DNA of 64,000 nt from Macrostomum lignano (lineage: Eukaryota): contig NIVC01003569.1 of the NCBI GenBank assembly GCA_002269645.1, forward strand, positions 1-64,000, read 5' to 3'. The position numbers and the translations under genes are program-made. Each line of letters begins with the position of its first letter. Position 1 is the first letter of the stretch. A model generated the notes under the pieces. It had not been told where the DNA came from. It made no database searches and saw nothing but the letters and a program-made list of their open reading frames with translations. Shown in pieces: positions 11,259-22,862 of this stretch.

Positions 11259-12005
11259 TCTGTTGATTTTTGAGCGGGTTGAGATCAAGCTAGTCATCAT
11301 ATGTACACAGGTGTTAAGAGTCGCCGGGGCCGAAACTCTTGCTTCAGCTCCGTTGCCAAGCGGCGCGGCCTGCTCACTGGTGGGCGCGGCTGCTGCAGAC
11401 CGGTATATATATATATATATACTCGCAGAAAACTCAAGACCTCTGCACTCAGTCATAGTCACTCGGAACATTCTTTATTCCCAGACATTCCCAGACTAAA
11501 AAACAAAGCATGCGCGGCTATTTTCTGCTGTACATTTTCATCTCTAGCGTCTTCACCGAGTATAGGTAAGTATTTATTATATACTTCTTTAATTTTTGTT
11601 AAAAGAGGCATTAGTACAAAATTGTATATTATCAGAAGAGACTGTATTGGATCTTATTCCTTCTTTTTATAATTAACCTAGCCTAGAAGAGGAAGCATTT
11701 CTATTTTTAAAAAATTATGTGACATGTTCTGCGTTCTTATTCGTGTTTAACTTTACGAATATGACAGGTCACGACCCTCTATTTCGTGTGAACTTAACGA
11801 CTAAACGTAACGGCCAAATGCATTTCGAGCTTGATGCCAACATTTATGTTCTGATTGCCGAAGTAGCTTTCTGGGCTATTATCAAGATATTTATGTTGGT
11901 AATAAGAAGAATTTTGAGCAAGGAAAGAAGAGGACGCATGCAGAGCCCAGCAGCCGCAGATTTTTTTACGTTGAATGTGGTGAACTACATTTATAATTTC
12001 TTCAA

Positions 12006-12994
12006 CTAGACTTTTTATTCACTTCGTTCCTTAATAAGTATGCCGAGGGAGTGTCAAGCCAACACTCCCTGGCCGCGCGTCAGCCGTTTTAAAGATTGGC
12101 TCTTGCGCCTGTATATTTTTAAATAGTAGGTTTGCAGATGTACATAGACTTAATGCTTAGGTTAGACTGTATTTTTAGTAGACTTTTTATTCACTACTTA
12201 TGCGGACGGTTTTCTACATTCTTGTTTTATAATTCATGTTTTAAACTTGATTTTCATGTTGCATGTTTTATGCCTTCAGGCTCGACAATTCTCCAGTTTT
12301 TGTATTTTTTTGTTTTGAAATTTTGCTTCTTATGTAAATAATGTAATGTAAAATGTAATGTAATGTAAATAATGTAATGTAAATAATTGCTTCCTATCAT
12401 GTAAAACAGATAGATAAGTTTCATGTGTGAGATAAAGGAAGGTAAAGGCAACAACACGTGGCAACAATAAATCTTATTCAATTCAATAAGTCGGAACAGG
12501 TTGGCCACGGATACAATCAATATTCGACCAAATCCTGGTGATGACATTGATCAGTCTTTTACTTGACTTGTTGTTTCAAAGAGAATTGGAAATTTATTGT
12601 TATGGAGCTCAATTTTCTGTATTTAGTTTGAGCCGCTCTAACGGCCTCAAATACCGTTCTCAGGGCCTCAAATACCGTTCTCAGGGTTATGAAGCTCACT
12701 TTTCTGTTTTTAGTTTCAGCCGCTCTAACGGCCTCAAAAACCGTACTCAGGGCCTTAAATACCGTTCTCAAGGCTTCAAAAACCGTTCCCAGGGTTATGG
12801 AGCTCACTTTTCTGTTTTTAGTTTCAGCCGCTCTAACGGCCTTAAGTACCGTTCTCAGGGCCTCAAAATCCGTTCTCAGGGTTATAGAGCTCACTTTTCT
12901 GTTTTTAGTTTCAGCCGCTCTAACGGCCTCAAAAACAGTACTCAGGGCCTCAAATACCGTTCTCGTGGCCTCTAGATAGATATATGGATATATG

Positions 12995-13032
<38 letters not shown>
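12006..13032 (-). mobile_element. Putative non-autonomous Helitron
   Basis: On the minus strand: A|TC start at 13032 into (TCTA)n, an internal complex minisatellite, a 9-bp stem hairpin (12046-12070), and a CTAG|T end at 12006. Hairpin-to-CTAG spacing (~36 nt) is longer than canonical. Confidence 0.5.
12600..12970. repeat. Hierarchical minisatellite (~87-108-bp units built from 21-bp subunits)
   Basis: Four GAGCTCACTTTTCTGTTTTTAGTTTCAGCCGCTCTAAC blocks separated by 2-3 GGCCTCAAA(T/A)ACCGTTCTCAG subunits. Confidence 0.9.

Positions 13033-13033
<1 letters not shown>
12976..13033. repeat. (GATA)n microsatellite
   Basis: Direct reading. Confidence 0.9.
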
Positions 13034-13229
13034 GGCAGAAACCACCAGAAAATTCTGATTAAGGATGAGGGCCGGTTTGAAGATGGGGCTTTTATGGGGC
13101 TTTGCACATCTTTGAGAGGTGCCTCGCACGCTTGTAAATGGGCTTCACACCTTTATAGGAGGGGAATCGCACGCTTATAAGAGGAGAATCGCACGCTTTT
13201 AAGAGGGTTTTTGCACACTTTTGTGAGGG

Positions 13230-13540
13230 GCCTCGTTGTTGATCAGGAATCCCCACAAATAATGATTGAGGATAAAACAGAATTTCGCGACAAATGCCTC
13301 AAAATAAACTTTTGAATATTGCCTCCTCATGTGACCGAAGTGCCGCCTTGATTATCTGAAGATCTGTAGTCTGTATTATAATTAATCAAATACCCCTTTT
13401 TGGCTTTAAAATATGAATTTTTTCTATATTAATTATAATTTAGGGGCAAACACGCAAACTCACCTACTGACCACAGTAGCATGCTAAGGGTATGCCAAGG
13501 ACCCGATTTTTTATGCAAGAACAAAAAATCATAGATGCCC
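13230..13540 (+). repeat. Dispersed repeat module, homologous to 15870-16030 and 10215-10250
   Basis: TCTGAAGAT..TATAATT.AGGG.CAAA.ACGCAA..TCACCTACTGAC..GACCCGATTTTT is shared with 15870-16030. ATCAG.AATCCCCACAA..ATGATTGAGGA is shared with ~10220. Confidence 0.7.
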
Positions 13541-16500
13541 ATAGATTTGAGCAGCAACATAGGAGAGTTACACTACAAGTTAGCGACATTCTGGACGCCA
13601 CAGGCTTACATATTGACCTGGATTTTAATGGGGATCGCTTCTGCGTCTATTTCAGAGTACGGGAAATCAAATCGCATTGAGATCCATCAAAATTAAGTGG
13701 CATCCCGAAATCAATTCTGTCAGTGGTACCCCCGTCAAAATGACAAGCCTTGACAGGCAATGTAATGCTGTCATGCTTTCTACAAACAGTAAAATTTTCA
13801 CCCTTGTAAATACAATTAGAAAATAGATTAGGTTTAGATTTACTTTATAACAGACAAACAAACGTACCGACCATTTTTGTTTCTATTTGCAAAGCAGAAA
13901 CCCCTCCCCCCCAGATAGATAGATAGCTGGAGAACGGAGACAGGTCGCGCAGCAACAGAAACCTGCCAAACTCCGGCATGCAACCCGAATCCCTGTCGCT
14001 CCATCAACCGGAGCCACCTAGGCTGGCCGAGAGGCGACCGCGAATTCCCGCTCGAAAACCGCTCGCTAGGAAACCACTTGGCAACGGACAGCAGCTGTCT
14101 CCGGCTGCAGCCATCGGCCTCTCCGTATAAGAGTTAGAAATCTGAAGTTTTGCTCTCAGAAAGAAGATAGATAGAAATTTATGAAAAGTCCAGACGCAGT
14201 GAAGGGCGAGGCAGAAAAGCACAATGGAACCTTTAGTTAGTAAGAGAACAGCAAATAGAAACAGCTCTAAGATAATTACACAGCTGTCAATCAAATTGAA
14301 TCTCGAATCCAATTAAGCCCCTTCCCATTCCAGTCAGCCACGACACCCCGCCGCAGGAACCATGCCGATTAAACTGGCTGAGAGAAGTGGCCCAGCTTAG
14401 AGAACAACGCGGCACGCGGCATCTTCTGGCGCACCCTGAGGGAGAAAAGTGAGGCCCACCTACAGACTCCTATCCAATCTGAAGTGGCCCAAGAGGGCGA
14501 GATCAACCCCAAGCTGCCTGACAACCGAGAGAAACAAAGGACTGTTTAATCATCAATGGACAGAGTCAAGAGACGGAAAACTAAGTACTTTTCTATAATC
14601 TTTCTATCCTAAATTTTATCCAACTCAACACATAGATTTGCGAAAGCCCGAATAATCTCTAACCCTCACACTTAGCAACCTGCAACCTACTAGAACTAAC
14701 TAAATTCATGTACAACTAGGGGTCTGTGTCCCAGATTGTTATTGCTCAACCCCCCCGCCGTTGCTAACAACGCGAAGACACCCCACCGGCGGCGGGGGAG
14801 GCCAAAAATGCTAATTGGTATAAATAGACGCTCATCTCAAACTGGAGCGGCGCTTCGTTTTTTTCTGCGCAGTTTTTGATCTCGAATTGCTCCATTGAAT
14901 CAGTCTCTGGATTATCCAGTTGGCACAAATCCAAGTCTTCAATATAATTATTTGTCTTAATTGTCGCGCAGATCAAATCCGAGAGAGACTCAAACTCAGC
15001 TTAGATACTAGCAGATCCCGTCAGTTTATACGGTTTTCTCTTACGGCCTGATCGGAGAAATTAGAGCTGTACGAACCTTAGACCGCTAGACATCTATCTT
15101 AAGAAAGTGAGAGCACAAACTCAAAGGCCCCAGTGAACAACGCGTATATTCCGGCCTCACCGGTCTCAACCTTTGAAGTCGAGCTTTCGAATCGGATCGA
15201 AAATCCCGGAGCTGGCCTCAGCAACAGCCGCAGGCGCACCTGTGGAGTCTCAACTCGACTGATTCTAAAAATAGCACAAACCGGCCAACAATGAGTGCCT
15301 AGCTGATCTGCATGCCCAGTGGGGGGTTCGAATTCTTCCCCTTTTTTGTTAGCTCTACTATTGATACATTTCAGCTGCATGCAGGTGTGAAGGCGTAAAA
15401 CATTATGTTGCGGCTTGTTAACTTTCGGCTTGTTTTCGATATGTAAAAGAAATGCACTGAAATCGTAAATAGATCCTCTCTAAATGTTAATTAACTCACT
15501 AGACATCATAAGAACATTATATATTTGTAAAATACAAGGCTGATGAAGACTCGACTACCCGTGAGGCTTATAGGAACGGTTTTTTAGGCTCCAAAAACGG
15601 TTTTTGAGGCCGTGAAAACACTTATAATTGGCCAGTGATCCTTACAATTCAACAAGCCAGGAGCGGGGGCGGCAATCAATAGGAGAGCTTCACTAAGGAT
15701 TCTGTAATTTCATTTGTAAGTAGATACAGATTCAGTTGTATAGAGATTCAATTACATAGAATAAGTTATATAGAGACTTAGTTATATAGAGACACAGTTA
15801 TATAGACTCAGTTAATAGTTATTCCAAATAATCAAATTTAATCCCTAATTATTTTTTAAAAATGTATTCTAATCTGAAGATACGTATTCTGTATTATAAT
15901 TTATCAAATACCCCTTTTTTCGATTTAAAATATTACTTTTCGTAAATTAATTATAATTTAGGGCAAAACACGCAATTTCACCTACTGACATTAGTAGCAT
16001 GCCGTGGATATGCAACGGACCCGATTTTTTATTGCAAGAGCGAAAAATGCAGAAAATATTTCAAGACTTTTACTAATCCCTAATCAAATAAAATTAAGCC
16101 TTGCGGTCACTAAAGTTCTCAGCCAAGCCCATAATCCCAAGTGTTGAGGGAATAATTACGCTTTACCTGGCTCCGCTGCCCTGACGCTCCAGGTGAATCA
16201 TTGGGCGCGATTAATGCCTTGAAATAAACTTTTTATAACGTGTAGCGCCAGTAGCAAAACTATAAATAAATAAACATTTTCTTGCTTCAAAAAGCTCTAG
16301 CTCCCTCCCCCAAGCCTTGCGCGCACTGCCATCGTCCCGGTCGGTCTGAGTTCTGTACGAAAACGCTTCAAATCTACTGTACGAAAACTTTATTTTCTAT
16401 TTCGTTTAAATTTTAATTTTCTTCTCATTTCCTTGGCCCATAGAATGTCTTAGGGACTAAATTCTTTAGCTAGTTTGCTGTCCCAGTCTCGCCTGCCCTG

Positions 16501-17192
16501 AGACTCCCTCTCCCCTTCTTTTTCTCTCTTTATTTTCGGGCTCTTTAGCACTTAGGGTTCCTCTTTAAGGGTTGGGTCTAGGACGCGCTGTCCTGTTAGC
16601 TAGCTAGTTATTTTTCAGTTATTTAGCTCTTTTTGTAAAATTTAGGACGCGCTTCCTTGGGGAAACCCCTGCCCAAATTTTTCTTAATTAGTTTATTTTA
16701 GATCGTTTTTGCAAGTTTCTCTTGCTGTTCGCTTTTGCAGTATTTTTTAAACAACTTTAAAATTTAATTAATTCATTTTCGATCTGATTTCTTTAATTTA
16801 AGATTAATTCTCATTCTGCCTACTTTTCGTTAAATACTTAGTTACAGGTTTTTCGCTATTCTTCACTCTTTATATCTAAAAATTTAACTCGATTTATATT
16901 AATTTATTTACAATTTCGCCGGGTTTCTTTCACTTTCTTTTCTTTCAATCGAGACAGTGCGTGTGAGGCTTGTGGACGTATTTAACTGCTCTGACAACTG
17001 CTTTGAACTGCCACTATCTACCAATTCATTTGAACTGCTCCATTTATTAACTGTTTTACATTTTTATATTGAACTGCCCTAGTTTTACAAGTTCTGCATT
17101 CCGTTTTACATTGCTGAACTGACTCATAGTTTTACTTTGACTCTCTACCTCTAATAGCATTATATTAATTAGTAAACTTACTCAGCATTGTC

Positions 17193-18242
17193 ATGAGCAC
17201 AATTAAAGAAGAAATGGAAGTCACTGACAACGGAAAGAGGCCAGCTCGAGACACTTCGTCGCCGGTGGTCGCTTCAACCAAAAAGCCCAATACTCGAGCC
17301 TCAGCAGGACCTGAAGACAGCAGAGCTACACCGGCAAGAAGAACATTCTTGCCTGAATCCTCTCCAAGGTCTGCAGATGGCCGCTCTGCTGGCAAGCAGC
17401 CTCAAACAGCGTATCCTGACCTGAAATATGATGCGACTGATATGGCACTCCTTAGCATTCCTAGGCCAAACAGAAGCAACGAGAAAACAGTTAACTTACT
17501 GCAAAATTGCAACATTACCTATGCACCCAATGCTCTAAACGGCTCCGAGACAGCTCTCTACAAGGCAATAATGAAAGAAATTGCACCTAGCGCATTCCAC
17601 CACTGCACTAACGGAAAACCTGAGGCCTGTCAAATCGCATGGTTCGGGCCCAGTTACTGCTACGGAGGTACTAGAATCGAAGCTAATGACAACTGGCACC
17701 CTATCATAGCTCGTCTTGTGACTTGGCTGCATTTAGAATTCAGGCTGCCACTTTTCAACTCATGTTTAATAAACTTTTACAAGGACGGCACTATTGGAAT
17801 ACCTTGGCATTCTGACGATGAAACAGAGCTCGGCGAAGACCCGGTAATTGCCTCTCTATCTCTAGGAGCCGCTCGTGACTTCCAGGTTCGCTCCAAATCA
17901 TCACCGGCGAACATCATGTACTCACAAAAGCTTGGCAATGGCAGCCTCCTGGTAATGAGTGGTGCCACCCAGCGCCTTCTGCAGCACTCAGTGCCAAGGG
18001 ATCCAAATTGCAAAGAGATGAGGATAAATCTTACGTTCCGCCTTACCAAGGACAATAGAATTTCTGCCGCTGACGACGCTCTGCCGCCCAACCCGTGCGT
18101 CAGGTTCACCCAAAACGCGATATCCATCACTTGTGACCTAGACGATGAGGACTGTCAAACGCAGGGCAGAAGAGGAGGCAGTCAATCTGGAGAGAGTCAG
18201 GCAAAACTCTGCAAGCAAAAGCAACCAGGACCAAGTGGATAG
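17193..18242 (+). CDS. AlkB-family 2OG-Fe(II) dioxygenase (ALKBH2/3-like) with low-complexity N-terminus, intronless
   Basis: FNSCLINFYKDG..IPWHSDDETELG..IASLSLGAARDF..LGNGSLLVM..LQHSVP..RINLTFR. The HxD, H and RxxxxxR ligands are all present. A frameshift near 18150 leads into a Q/N/S-rich tail. Confidence 0.9.
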   Translation: MSTIKEEMEVTDNGKRPARDTSSPVVASTKKPNTRASAGPEDSRATPARRTFLPESSPRSADGRSAGKQPQTAYPDLKYDATDMALLSIPRPNRSNEKTVNLLQNCNITYAPNALNGSETALYKAIMKEIAPSAFHHCTNGKPEACQIAWFGPSYCYGGTRIEANDNWHPIIARLVTWLHLEFRLPLFNSCLINFYKDGTIGIPWHSDDETELGEDPVIASLSLGAARDFQVRSKSSPANIMYSQKLGNGSLLVMSGATQRLLQHSVPRDPNCKEMRINLTFRLTKDNRISAADDALPPNPCVRFTQNAISITCDLDDEDCQTQGRRGGSQSGESQAKLCKQKQPGPSG

Positions 18243-18389
18243 GAAGTCACGCAGTCAAGATCAAACAGCAAAGCAACCAGGCAAACAGGACATCAAGCAA
18301 CAGCCAAGCAATCAGGACACGAGGCACCAACTAGATCTGCAGCCAACAGGCAACATGAGCAACCAGCAACAAAGTCAAAATCAGCAATG

Positions 18390-18565
18390 TGGGCCGGCGG
18401 CCAGTGCGGCCAGCCAGGCTAAAAAAAGAAAATACCAGTAACCCGGCGGCCAGTACAGCCGACCAGGCAGAAGTAAAAACCAGTAAACCGGCGGTCAGTA
18501 TAGCCAACCAGGATACTAACTCTGAAAACAATAGACCGGCGGCAAGTACAGCCGACCAGGACACC
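18390..18565 (+). repeat. ~48-bp coding repeats (PAASTADQ-like), 4 copies
   Basis: CCGGCGGCCAGTACAGCCGACCAGG variants at ~18392, 18442, 18487 and 18535. Confidence 0.75.
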
Positions 18566-18629
18566 TCAAATCAGCCAAGCAATCAACACACTGAATCAAC
18601 TCAACAGAAGAATCACAGGAAAATAGCAC

Positions 18630-18922
18630 CATCCGAAAGGCTCTGCCTGATAATCGGGAGTCGGAATCCAGTCGTAGTGCAGCAGCTACTATCGAAAGAA
18701 AGTCTCGACCGAAGCAACTAGCAAAGCGGGAACTACTAAGGACGCTGTACGAGTGTGTGTGACCTACGAAAGCATCGTTTGCAACAGGATGTGGATTGGG
18801 GAGCTGAAGAAAAAGAAATTGGAACTTGAAATAAAACTGCTGAACGGGAACCAAACAAATGTGCGTGAACGAGATATTTTGAAATTATGTGACACGTTCG
18901 TGAAAGAAGCATCAAAAACCTA
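18630..18922 (+). pseudogene. C-terminal coiled-coil of Harbinger Myb/SANT-like partner protein (frameshifted)
   Basis: RELLRTLYE..DLRKHRLQQ..ELKKKKLELEIKLL..TFVKEASKT*. It converges on the transposase as expected for Harbinger. The Myb domain itself is absent. Confidence 0.55.
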
Positions 18923-18991
18923 AATTGACATATTTTACTAACTTAAACGGTTTATCTGTTTGTTGTTGTTTGATTGTTCTTATTCAAATCC

Positions 18992-20013
18992 TTAGGCATT
19001 AGCTGCAGAAATAAAGTTCAGGAGTCGACTGCGTGGATCGTTGCCTTGCAATGGATCGCCCTCATTGGCGATTGGTTCGTACATAAATTCTTCCGTGGGT
19101 TGCAATTCTTCATGCCGATTGTTAGAGGCCACAATGTAATTCTGCAGTAGTGTACAGCACTTAATGATCTCACATGCGTAGACAGGGTCAACTCGCAACT
19201 GTGTAGATAGGCAGGCAAAGCGCTGCTTTAGAACGCCTAAGTAGCACTCGACTAGTCGTCTCGTTTTTGCATGAACAATGTTAAACTGATTCTACGATTG
19301 GGGTGATAAGCCACTGCTTTAGACTGTATCCGCTATCTCCCAATATTAATGCATTGGGAAATGGTCTCCAGCCTCCTTCAAAGGCGTCGCTCATCGTGCT
19401 GTTGTTCAATACACGTTTGTCATTGAGTCTCCCAGGCCAACGCGCAGACACAAAATGCCTGAAGCTGAGGGCCAGCCACTACCATGCAATTTATAGAGTG
19501 GTTACCGTGTCTGTCAACGAACTGATCTTCATCAGTAACGGGAGCTCGGGTCTTGATCAGCGTACCATCGACACAGCCAGCAACGCATGGCATGCCACCG
19601 ACTCTGTAGAAATCTTGTGCTATCTGTGCTCGCTTCTGATTGCATTCCGGCCAACGGACCAGCTCGTCGAATAGTCTGTTATTCAATGCAGTAACGACGC
19701 GCCGGACAGTACGACATAGGGTGGCCTTTGAGACGCCATGCGCGTCTCCAACAGCATGATAGAAACTTCCGCATGCGAGGAATCGGAGCGAACTCAGTAA
19801 TTGCTCTCGTACAGTCAACGATCCTTGTCGGACAGTTGCGTGGGTCAAGGGAGGTCCAATAATTTCCAACAAATCTTCAACTTGATCAGATGAAAGCCGG
19901 AATTTCTTCACGAAATCTATGCAATGGGGCTGAAAGTTGATTCGTTCTTTGAAGATCCGCACTGCATAAGCTTCATTGAGAAGAGCATCTTCTTCTTTAC
20001 TGTCGCTAAACAT
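18992..20013 (-). pseudogene. Harbinger (HARBI1-like) DDE transposase, frameshifted
   Basis: FRLS..LLSSLRFLACGSFYHAVGDAHGVSKATLCR..CVDGTLIK..FVDRHGNHSINCMVVAG, then the C-terminal ACEIIKCCTLLQNY. Confidence 0.9.
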
Positions 20014-20291
20014 GCTTTATCCAAGTATTCTATACTATATAAGTTCTAGTTCATCCAAGTAGACTGTTGACATAAGCTTAGGCCACTTGTAGACTTGTCA
20101 TTGACAAGTGGGACCCTTCGATAGTGCTCAAGCTAAATCTGTGTTGTCTATGGCCAAAATAACGGCAAAAACGGCTTGACAAATTGTCACTTATCACTTA
20201 TCACTTGTTAAATTGTCATCCCTCCTCATGAAACGCTATAATTGTGAAATTTTACACTTGTCCCTTGTAAATTGTCAACTTGTCACTTGTA

Positions 20292-21921
20292 CACCATTTT
20301 ACCCTCGATTTTGAACAAGGAGAACTTCGAAACTGACAAACTCCTCTTCAATATTGACACTCTATGGTCGGGCACTCAAAATCTACAATCAATATTGACA
20401 GATCAAGCTTCATTTTTGACAAACTCTGGTTCAATTTTGACAATGCACGTTTAGTCAACTTCTCCTGGGAGAATTCGGTAACAAAGTAATCCAATGAAAG
20501 CCTGAACGGGGCTGAAGTGAGCTGTGCAAAATCAGCTTATTCTGACTTTGCTTTTTGGATCTACAAGTATTGATAAAATTTATTTTTCTCTATCCTTTAC
20601 ACATATAGACTAAAATAGCCTGACTGGTTGGGCTGCAAAGTCTGATTCTATTTTGACAGAGTTGCTTCAAAACTGACACTCTATGGTTTGTGTACCTAAA
20701 AAGTCCGCTTCATTTTTGACAACTCCGAATTAATATTGAACAGTTAACAATCGATTTTGACTAAGACATTTTAAAAAATAGATTTTGACAATTTTTACTA
20801 AGATTTCTCTCTTGAGGGGGGGTACTTGCTATTTGAGAGAGGGGTACTGGCTGCATGGATCTACGAGTACATGTATGGGAATCTTTCTATCCAGGGATGC
20901 TTGCTAGAGTCCCTGCTCTCTCAAGGGACTCTAGCAAAAGGCCGGTCATTTAACATCCAAAGACAGCAAGCATCCACCCAGACAGCAAGCATCCACCCAG
21001 ATAGCAAGCATACACCCAGATAGCAAGCATACACCCAGATAGCAAGCATCCACCCAGATAGCAAGCATTCACCCAGATAGCAAGCATCCACCCAGATAGC
21101 AAGCATCCACCCAGATAGCAAGCATTCACCCAGATGCAAGCATCCACCCAGATAGCAAGCATCCACCCAGATAGCAAGCATTCACCCAGATGCAAGCATC
21201 CACCCAGATAGCAAGCGTGCACCCAGATACCAAGCATCCCCCAGATATAGCAAGCATCTTGCAGATAGCAAGCATCATCCAGGTAGCAAACATCCACCCA
21301 GATAGCAAGCATCCCTGGATATAAAGATTCCCATACATGTACTCGTAGATCCATGCAGCCAGTACCCCCTCTCTCAAATAGCAAGTACCCCCCCCCCTCA
21401 AGAGAGAAATCTTAGTAAAAATTGTCAAAATCTATTTTTTAAAATGTCTTAGTCAAAATCGATTGTTAACTGTTCAATATTGATTCGGAGTTGTCAAAAA
21501 TGAAGCGGACTTTTTAGGTACACAAACCATAGAGTGTCAGTTTTGAAGCAACTCTGTCAAAATAGAATCGGACTTTGCAGCCCAACCAGTCAGGCTATTT
21601 TAGTCTATATGTGTAAAGGATAGAGAAAAATAAATTTTATCAATACTTGTAGATCCAAAAAGCAAAGTCAGAATAAGCTGATTTTGCACAGCTCACTTCA
21701 GCCCCGTTCAGGCTTTCATTGGATTACTTTGTTACCGAATTCTCCCAGGAGAAGTTGACTAAACGTGCATTGTCAAAATTGAACCAGAGTTTGTCAAAAA
21801 TGAAGCTTGATCTGTCAATATTGATTGTAGATTTTGAGTGCCCGACCATAGAGTGTCAATATTGAAGAGGAGTTTGTCAGTTTCGAAGTTCTCCTTGTTC
21901 AAAATCGAGGGTAAAATGGTG
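20292..21921. mobile_element. Foldback-type non-autonomous DNA transposon with ~615-bp near-perfect TIRs and TA TSD
   Basis: Arms 20292-20906 and 21303-21921 are reverse complements with very few mismatches. Ends CACC..GGTG are flanked by TA (20290-91, 21922-23). No ORF. Confidence 0.85.
20960..21310. repeat. ~20-bp tandem repeat (CACCCAGATAGCAAGCATC) in the foldback spacer
   Basis: About 17 head-to-tail units are visible. Confidence 0.9.
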
Positions 21922-22097
21922 TACTTGCTTCATGAAATCGGCCCCTGATAAAGAGAGTATAAAGAGAGCTGTTTTAAAGAGAGCTGATAGTATGTCCCTT
22001 GCATTGAAATGTCTATGGCCCTTCCTACGTTTTTGGGTGTCGTAGAATGACTGCGAAATATTTTGTGCAAAAGCTTTAACCCTCAACAAACAGCGTG

Positions 22098-22469
22098 ATA
22101 ATGCCATCAATCAATGTAAACTGCGTCATCTGCGATGCGGAAATGCGTAAAGACAACCTGGCACGCCATGCTAGAAGTCAACAACCAGATCATCGCGTCG
22201 AAGATATCTTATGGTTTGCGACCTTCGAGCGATCAGTTAATTCTGGTCACCACATGTGCTGTGTGTGTAGAGAGGCGTGCGTGCAGCTCCGCTCGCACTA
22301 CAGAAGCCACCACCGGAGCTCAATGAGCATAAGGGAAAGCCCATAAAGGGCGAGGATCATCAAGTGCAGGCACGTGAGTACGCACGAGCCTATCTAGCTG
22401 TGGCCCGCACAAAGATTATTAATGGCCGACCACTGCCACCGCATCTTGATCGTGGCACCAAGCCAAGAC

Positions 22470-22501
<32 letters not shown>

Positions 22502-22758
22502 CGCTACAACCGGCCGAAACAGCAACAGGCCCAGTCTACCGTGTTGTGCTGCAGCCAAGAGACACATTGCTTAAGCCAGCAGGGTGGATCCATGCAGTCT
22601 ACACCCCCGAGGACTCAGTGGGATTTGGCGGCAACTTCCTAAGCGTCTATGGCTCGATTACGCACATTGCCGTGACTCAATCAAAGAAGAGGATCAAAGT
22701 CGCAGAGCAGTTTCGATTTCCGAATTTAAAATTTATCCTATGGCACTTTTCTGATTAG
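22098..22758 (+). pseudogene. C2H2-like zinc fingers plus KDM2/KDM7-type JmjC C-terminal fragment, disrupted
   Basis: CVICDAEMRKDNLARH and CCVCREACVQLRSHYRSHH, a (CAG)10 run, then YRVVLQPRDTLLKPAGWIHAVYTPEDSVGFGGNFL..FRFP, matching the JHDM1/PHF8 motif GWIHAV.TP.D...FGGNFL. Stops and frameshifts lie upstream. Confidence 0.8.
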
Positions 22759-22844
22759 CTTATTAATACTGAAAATTTAGAAAAAATGAAACTTACTTTT
22801 ATTCGATTTCGAATCATTAGCAGGAAACCTATCGAAATGGAGGA

Positions 22845-22862
22845 TTAGGGTTAGGGTTAGGG
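22845..22862 (+). repeat. (TTAGGG)3 telomeric run at the 5' junction of the Penelope element
   Basis: TTAGGGTTAGGGTTAGGG directly precedes the C-rich element. Confidence 0.9.

Larger units (their letters stand above)
18630..21945. mobile_element. PIF/Harbinger DNA transposon, left-truncated, with foldback insertion in its terminal region
   Basis: Convergent transposase (minus) and partner-ORF tail (plus). TTGTCA-rich subterminal region 20085-20290 continues after the insertion into a terminus reading GGGGCCGATTTCATGAAG on the minus strand (ending 21945). No matching left TIR was found. Confidence 0.75.

Noticed and set aside
15540-15580. CTGATGA as a second hammerhead core
   Set aside because: No stem II followed by GAAA and no stem I/III pairing.
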